A stretch of DNA of 64,000 nucleotides. Source: Craspedostauros australis. Its lineage: Eukaryota. The DNA lies in the NCBI GenBank assembly GCA_030167865.1, contig JALAGF010004754.1:62001-126000 (forward strand). Direction: 5' to 3'. Each line of letters opens with the position of its first letter. Positions within the stretch are counted from its first letter, which is position 1. Shown in pieces: positions 57,502-64,000 of this stretch. The notes beneath the pieces were generated by a model. The model was given only the letters and a program-made list of their open reading frames with translations. It was not told the DNA's origin and made no database searches. The translations under genes and the position numbers were made by a program.

Positions 57502-60430
57502 CATCCAGACACACTCACAAATCTACAGAGAAAATCCAGCAGGAAGGAACCAATACCAGGCAATGGATTGAGCAGCGAACTTGCTGCAAAGCAATTGGCA
57601 ACAAGCAACCAACCAACTACAAATCTGCAACACCAGAGCACTCAACAGAAAGCAGAGCGCATGTGGTAGAGTATCTCAAAACAATCAACAGATCAATCTA
57701 CATCGTTCAGCAGAGAGGAGTGCGCCTGTGGGCAGATCTTTCTCCAAGAGTATACCATGCTCAGCACCAACATTGCAATACGTTTGCAGTGCATGCCAGT
57801 TGAATACTTCAATGGATACATGGATGAGTTGGTGAATGGATGGGCAAGCCCATTGTGTGAATGCAGGAGTAGATCGTATTCCATGTTGAAGGCAATGATT
57901 GCAGCAGTCGAGCAAGAACTGTCCTGCTCAACGCACCCACCCCGGATATCCACAGGTGCATAAACGATCCAACGGATCACCCGATGTGACCACAGCGGCC
58001 AAAAAAGGCCATCGTGGCCAGGAGCAGTCCGCCCCTGACTTTGCCTCCTGAGCAAAAATAGGCATTAAATGCTGTATGACTGATCTGCACCAGCACTGGT
58101 TGTTCGAGTTTTGGCAGCGAATGGTTTGACATCAAAGCCCATTCTCACATTGCTTATCTCCATTCCATCCCTCAAATCGACAAATTCAACATCTGGTCCA
58201 CCACCAAGACTATCATCACCAAACGTGCTCTGACGCCAGATCGTGCAAACCGAATCCATGGAAGGAGAGAAATGCAGTCATTTGTTATCTTCTTCCAGCC
58301 CAAATCGTGTTGTAATGTGCACAATGATGGTTGCCGCAGCAAGAAAGGTCAAAGTGAAACTGCAAGCACACGAATCACAACACAAGAAGCAACACGACCG
58401 CCACCAGTCTCTTCCCACGCCATGCCAAAAGCTCAGCAGCTGACCAAGGCGTCCCATGTCCAAGGGGAGCAAAGCAGGTTACGCAAGACTTTGTATGAAC
58501 AAACTAAGCTCAGTTCTAAATAATATATATTTTGCATACCTGAGGATAAGTCACTGTGCTCCATTACATTATGTTGTGTTGTGTAATATTCGCAAGTGTT
58601 GCTGTTGGCGTGGATGTGGATGTGGATGTGGATGTGGATGTGGACATGGACGTGTTGGGATGCCACCACCAACGCTGAGCTGTTTGGCGCAACACGCACA
58701 AGAGAGGACAGACCCAACCGAGCCAAATCACCAACAACGCGAGGAATCAATGTGACACTGAATCTTCCACAACATCACCACCGATGCCGTTGGATACCAT
58801 CGCAGTCTGACATCGACCGGCAATGACAGCATTGCATTCGTCCACAGTGAGGACAAGCCAGCCAGCTATTTGTGTCGTATGAGCTAGCTAAATATATCTA
58901 AGCCTATCACACTACACGCGACATTGTGTTCTAATAAAATCACGTTTTACCATGTCAAATCCGCGGGATGATACTCAACCTCGCTGAATGGGGTCATGCA
59001 ATCAGTTTATTGGGCATCGTGGCTCGCAATTGTTGGACCAAATTGTCTGTGCCCGGACCCAATCACGTGATGTCTTGTTTCCATCACGCGTGAACATTTC
59101 TCGGGAAACCACATTTTGCCCGAACTTTCCTTCGGTTACCAAGAACGACATGAAGTGCCAGGTTCAAATCGCCCACTGCGAAAACAGTTGTCTTGCTTGC
59201 CGGAAGGAAAAAAAACGAAGTTGTGTTGTTGCCAGTTTCCGTCCACTTTGTTCACACAACCACAACCAATTCAGCCACCCAGAGCAAGCCATTGTTTCGA
59301 GACAAGGCTCGAGGGACTCTGCGCGCACCAAGCCGACGAAGGTCCGCGTTGTTGAAGACGGGTCAACCGATCAGTGCGAGCGATACGATCAAGAAGGCCG
59401 CATACACACACACGCGTACACGAACACACTTGCTCATACATAGGGACACCGTGCGAATGTGCTTGCTGTCCAACGACCCAAATGGACACCGACGGAATTT
59501 GGCGGGCCGCAAAGCACAGGAATCGATGGCACAGCCGCATTCGAAATCGGCAGCCAGCTTGGTCCAACTTCTCAATGACCAAGACCCAGAGCCTGATTTC
59601 CCGATCCTCACGAGGCGAGCCAAACGCCAGAAGACCGTCGCAACAAGTCAGCAAAGCCCGCGCTTGTGGGCGCCTCAAGATCAAGTTGACCGCATCGAAT
59701 ACGACACTCGTTTCTACAGGTACTCGGAAGGAAGCAAAACGCTGGAACGCACGAATACGAATGTTTGTCGTGATGCCAACCCATCCCAGCCCGGTCCTCG
59801 GACTGGGCTTGGGCGGGACGACGACCACTGCTTCGAAAGATATTTGGCACTTGCTCCGCAACCACAGCTGCAGCCCAGACCATTTCATGCCAAGAAGAGG
59901 CAAGCAGCGAACACTCACGGGAAAACTAGACAGAGACGGGATACCAGCAACAGCGCGAATGCAAAACGGAGCGATGCAACCACGTCCGACCCTACAGCTG
60001 CAAGGCAGCTTTGCCGATCGCGAAAGAAGAATGTAGCGACTGACATTCCAGCATGTTGCGGAGACACGTATGTCAGAGGTGACAGCATTCCAGTGTACGT
60101 GGTTACTTTTCCGGTTCAACTCCCCGGACTTTTCGTTCAAGTGGAGCATGCCGTGGCATGTTGCGCCCTTGGGTGTTCGATTGGCAACCGCTACACTCGC
60201 GTAGAGCATAGCCTATTGATCTGCTGTGATCACCGCGGCGAGCCATGCATATCTTGTCCCATTCAACGGCGCTCGCGCACCCACATGCACACTCACACTG
60301 ATACGCCACACCATCTATGCTCACCCATCCAATCTGCACGGTCATCTTGATTCTCATCTTCATGCTTCATCAACACAAACCGCCAATCACCTTCATTCAT
60401 CGTCCTGCCCAACATCGCAGAACGCCACAG

Positions 60431-61339
60431 ATTTGGGATCCAGTTCGCGCGAACGAAGCAGAGAGACGAGGCGAGAACATTTCTGCTTTCCTAACGCAGG
60501 TCACCGAATTGGTCCAAACCGACTTCCTCATGGAACTCTTGCACAATGTCGACTACTCGGTTGCTGCCGCGCAGGCCCAGTATGCCCAGCTGCGCAAGGT
60601 CATGGACGTACCATCGACGGCACTCTCACGGGGAGAGAAGCGCAAGTTGATCCTCATGGTCTGCAGCAAAGACACGAAGAAAGACTTCTCGAAGATCTCA
60701 AAGGCCATCAATCGAAACATCGGAGATTGCCTCATCGAATACTACCGTTGGAAGGGCACCGAAGAGCAAGACTACATGTACATGAAGTCAAAATGGCGAT
60801 CCGATTTCTGCACGATCTGCGATGACGGGGGGACATTGCTCATCTGCGACGTATGCGAACGAGGGTACCATCTCGGATGCCTGGAACCACCGTTACGGGA
60901 AATACCAGACGGCCAATGGTTTTGCGAAAAGTGCGAGTGTCTCTGCGAGTCACAGAGGCTCGAGATCGCCATCAAAACCAAGCAACGGATCGCCAACAAC
61001 GATGATGCCAAAGAGCTGATTTCAGACGGCGATCCTTGGCCCAGCCTCCGGAGTTTTGACCACCTGGACAGCGAAAGCAGCAGCGACGATGGAAGTGGCG
61101 ACAATGAGAGCGACAGTGATCGTGCCAGCAGCGCCAGCGACAACAACGATACCGCGAGTAGCAGCATTTATTGCGGCATCGACAGCGAGAACGAGAATGA
61201 GATCGAGAGTTCGGGTTTTACCCTCTCTCCACATGCAAATTCATCGTGCAAGTCTCATACATCCAGTGCCTCGCATGTACAGTACTTTTCTGATGTCCTG
61301 TCGATAGACACGCCAGAGCTAGCTACTGCTGATCGGTGA
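60431..61339 (+). CDS. ELM2/SANT-like plus PHD-finger chromatin protein, last exon; upstream exon(s) possibly from 59457
   Basis: Acceptor ccacag at 60430, then IWDP...MELLHNVDYSVAAA (ELM2-like), KDFSKISKAINRNIGDCLIEYYRWK (SANT-like) and CTICDDGGTLLICDVCERGYHLGCLEPPLREIPDGQWFCEKC (PHD). Confidence 0.8.
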   Translation: MWDPVRANEAERRGENISAFLTQVTELVQTDFLMELLHNVDYSVAAAQAQYAQLRKVMDVPSTALSRGEKRKLILMVCSKDTKKDFSKISKAINRNIGDCLIEYYRWKGTEEQDYMYMKSKWRSDFCTICDDGGTLLICDVCERGYHLGCLEPPLREIPDGQWFCEKCECLCESQRLEIAIKTKQRIANNDDAKELISDGDPWPSLRSFDHLDSESSSDDGSGDNESDSDRASSASDNNDTASSSIYCGIDSENENEIESSGFTLSPHANSSCKSHTSSASHVQYFSDVLSIDTPELATADR

Positions 61340-61959
61340 CGTCACCAGCCAACCTGAGACCAAATCAAATCCTAGGTTTTGGTTTAGTTCAACACTTCCA
61401 TCCGTCAAGGAGAACCAGCAATTGCAGCATCGATGCTGGTGGCGAGTGTAACTGAATGCATATGGTACGACCTAGCAGTCATGGCTCCCAGACCGCCTGC
61501 CCGTGAATGTGCTGATAAATCCAACCAAGCCCACCTCCGAACATTCGGAAAGTCTCGATCATGAAAAGACTGCCAGGCACAGCAGGCATCGTGGTAGCCC
61601 AGATTCAGACCAAGCAGTACTGGCCTCGTTGCTTCATCCTGCGCCCAGTCTTCGGCTTGGAGGCACACAGCCATCACCAAAGCCAGCATCAGATCCGCCC
61701 GCAACATTGACGATTCAATATTCGCCAGTCTCTTGAGGAACGGGCGTGCTAGGTTCGGTAGGTCAAGATCGGAAATCACACCCATACTGACGGGTACTCT
61801 AAATAAAAAAATAACCCGCTGATTCAAGCGAAGATGCATGTGAAACGGTTAAAACAGCGTTAACGTGCGAAAACGGGCGTCGCCAAATGTCAGGAGGCAA
61901 CAGAAGGTGTGGTGAGCCTCCGTGATCTGAGTGTTCAAGATCTGAGTCTTCATGGTTGT

Positions 61960-62660
61960 TGACAGCTTTCACTGTACCTCTTACCTATTTACTAATCGTA
62001 TCAATCAAGTACTGGTCGAAGATCGTCTTCAGACAACTCACAATAAAAGAACAAGAGCTCTGACCAGGGCACACAACAATGGGCCAATACGTCTACAGTA
62101 GTTACTTGTGCACTTTGAAAGTTGTGACGGCATGGATCAACCGCTCCTTATCTGCGACTGTGTCAATGACGCTTTTCTCTGCCTCCTTTCAACTTCATGT
62201 GGCACGCAAAGGGGGAACTGACCCAGGTCTGCTCTGTTTTCTTCATGTTGGCACTGGTGCCAGTGTCGGTTCCCGCTCCATGGTCCAAAAGCCATTGGCA
62301 GCAGCAACCTTCATCCACTTGTGCAAGGGCCTGCTACCAGCAGGTACCTGTAGGATTGTGGCCGTTTGCTCCATCCATACTACTTGGCCCGATGCAGGGC
62401 CGTAACAGCCTGGATATGTGGATTTGGCATGGCTATGTGCAGCATTGTTGTTGTTCAATTGTGCAAGGATGGCCTGCAACCGTTCCCGCATGGCTAGAAG
62501 TGACAGCTTTCACTGTACCTCTTACCTTTTTACTAATCGTATCAATCCAAAATACTGGTCGGAGGTCGTCCCTGGACAACTCACAATAAAACACAAGAGC
62601 TCTGACCAGGGCATGCAACAACGGGCCAATACGTCTACAGTAGTTACTTGTGCACTTTGA
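61960..62660. repeat. Pair of about 160-bp diverged direct repeats (61960-62118 and 62501-62660)
   Basis: tgacagctttcactgtacctcttacc...gttacttgtgcactttga occurs twice, separated by 382 bp. Confidence 0.9.
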
Positions 62661-63445
62661 CAAGAAGCATGGCTCCTTCTTCAGAGGCTTGGTTGGTGTC
62701 CATATCATCATTGCAAGAGGACCCTTGATTCCACGCAATGCGCCGGATCACCTCCGATGCCCACTTGTCTGTGGTCCGGCAAGATCCCTGCGACGCGAGA
62801 AAAAGAGCTTGTTGTTCCACCCGTCGCGTGCTCAGCAGGCCGAATCTTAGCGACCGCGGCCCAACTAACGGATACTTTGCTCAAACAATACCGCAATCAT
62901 CGACAAGCAGCATGATGGTTGTGGGCACACCATGCTCACTTGACAAGGAGTTTCACCATGCACAACCACAGAGCAATGGATACGGCACACTGCAAACATG
63001 TTAACAGCGCTCTGCACGTCCCTTGCGACAGCTTGCGATGATCAACCAGATAGCTGATTTAACTGCAATCTACGGGTCTGTCGCTATCGTGGCGATCATC
63101 CCCAAGAACACTGCAGGCCGTACAGACACATGCCTGAGACGACTCGCACCAAGGATTGTGCTGAATCGTTGACAGGCCATAAACAAGCCTACTCAGCATG
63201 ATGGCTTGGATCGGAGTCACTGGAGACCAAAATGAATCAATCACCGAGCAGGCATGAGACCTTACATTGGGCTGAGATGTGGCTGTGCAAAAATGAGCCA
63301 ATCTAGCATGCGGTATGCATGGTTCTCCATTCCACCTCCCATCCTGTTGGAGATGATCTTGCCATCACTGTGTCATCCATCCGCAGGGAAGCGAGCGACA
63401 CTGGCTCGTTTATCGCACGATGAATCCGAGCAAACAACAACAACA

Positions 63446-63497
<52 letters not shown>
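63446..63497. repeat. (GATA)n microsatellite
   Basis: Read directly from the sequence. Confidence 0.95.
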
Positions 63498-63498
<1 letters not shown>

Positions 63499-64000
63499 GT
63501 AGAGCGGATTGCGAGTATGATATGAAGAGTTGTCTATGGCATCATATCAGCACTCTTTCCGATAAGTACTGCTCGTTCTAGCATGCCTGACATGCGTGGT
63601 GCCTCTTCCTCCCAAAGCAGCCACTCATCGTTGGGGCAGCCGGAAGGTCTGTGTTTGGGTATGCACTCCAGCATGGATGCGCACATGTCTAAGTATGTTC
63701 CAGTTGTCGCACGTCTTTGGCATGATCGGACCCCTCCCCCCATTGCACAAGCACGGTGATATCCTGCCGTCTCTGTGTCGTACGCCATGTCGATCTATCA
63801 TGACTGTCTCTTTCTGGAGAGTGCTACCTTTGCACCTATTGCTGGCTGTCTATTCTTGATCATGGGCTATCGTACCGCACTCTTCTCAGGCTGCCTGCGC
63901 GTTCACGTGTGCCTGTGTACTCTTGAGAGTCCATTCATATGGAGCTCCCTTCTTCGCTTTTCATACTATACTCTATGGATATTTCGGTGACTTGCGCACT

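Noticed and set aside
55513-58900. Several short ORFs as genes
   Set aside because: They are fragmented by stops and have no identifiable domains; probably decayed repeats.

Overview
Eukaryotic nuclear DNA, most likely a diatom. This is inferred from compact GT-AG genes, a signal-peptide-plus-Phe plastid targeting motif and diatom-type copia motifs. 1-44.4 kb is gene-rich: EXO1 (3' part), CHY/RING E3 ligase, a plastid DUF3598-like protein, P4-ATPase flippase, CHTOP-like protein, RsuA-type pseudouridine synthase, DUF1769-like protein, WW-cyclin Y, an EHD-like GTPase, NEDD8, a sulfotransferase-like protein, PPWD1, GPR180/TMEM145-like protein and a small membrane protein. 44.4-64 kb is mostly decayed repeat DNA: a piggyBac-like transposase pseudogene, a duplicated segment, an orphan LTR, tRNA-Pro(AGG) and an ELM2/SANT-PHD gene. 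The best-supported unusual structure is a nested element 18 bp upstream of the flippase ATG. It is a 2.9-kb RT-less LTR element with 226-bp TA...TA LTRs and a 5-bp target-site duplication (TSD). Its gene-proximal LTR carries a 438-bp TIR element (3-bp CTG TSD) that creates a strong splice acceptor, and the same LTR supplies an in-frame ATG. A 260-bp structured SINE-like insert with a 17-bp TSD is also visible against its empty site. All family assignments come from motif recognition by eye; no database searches were run.
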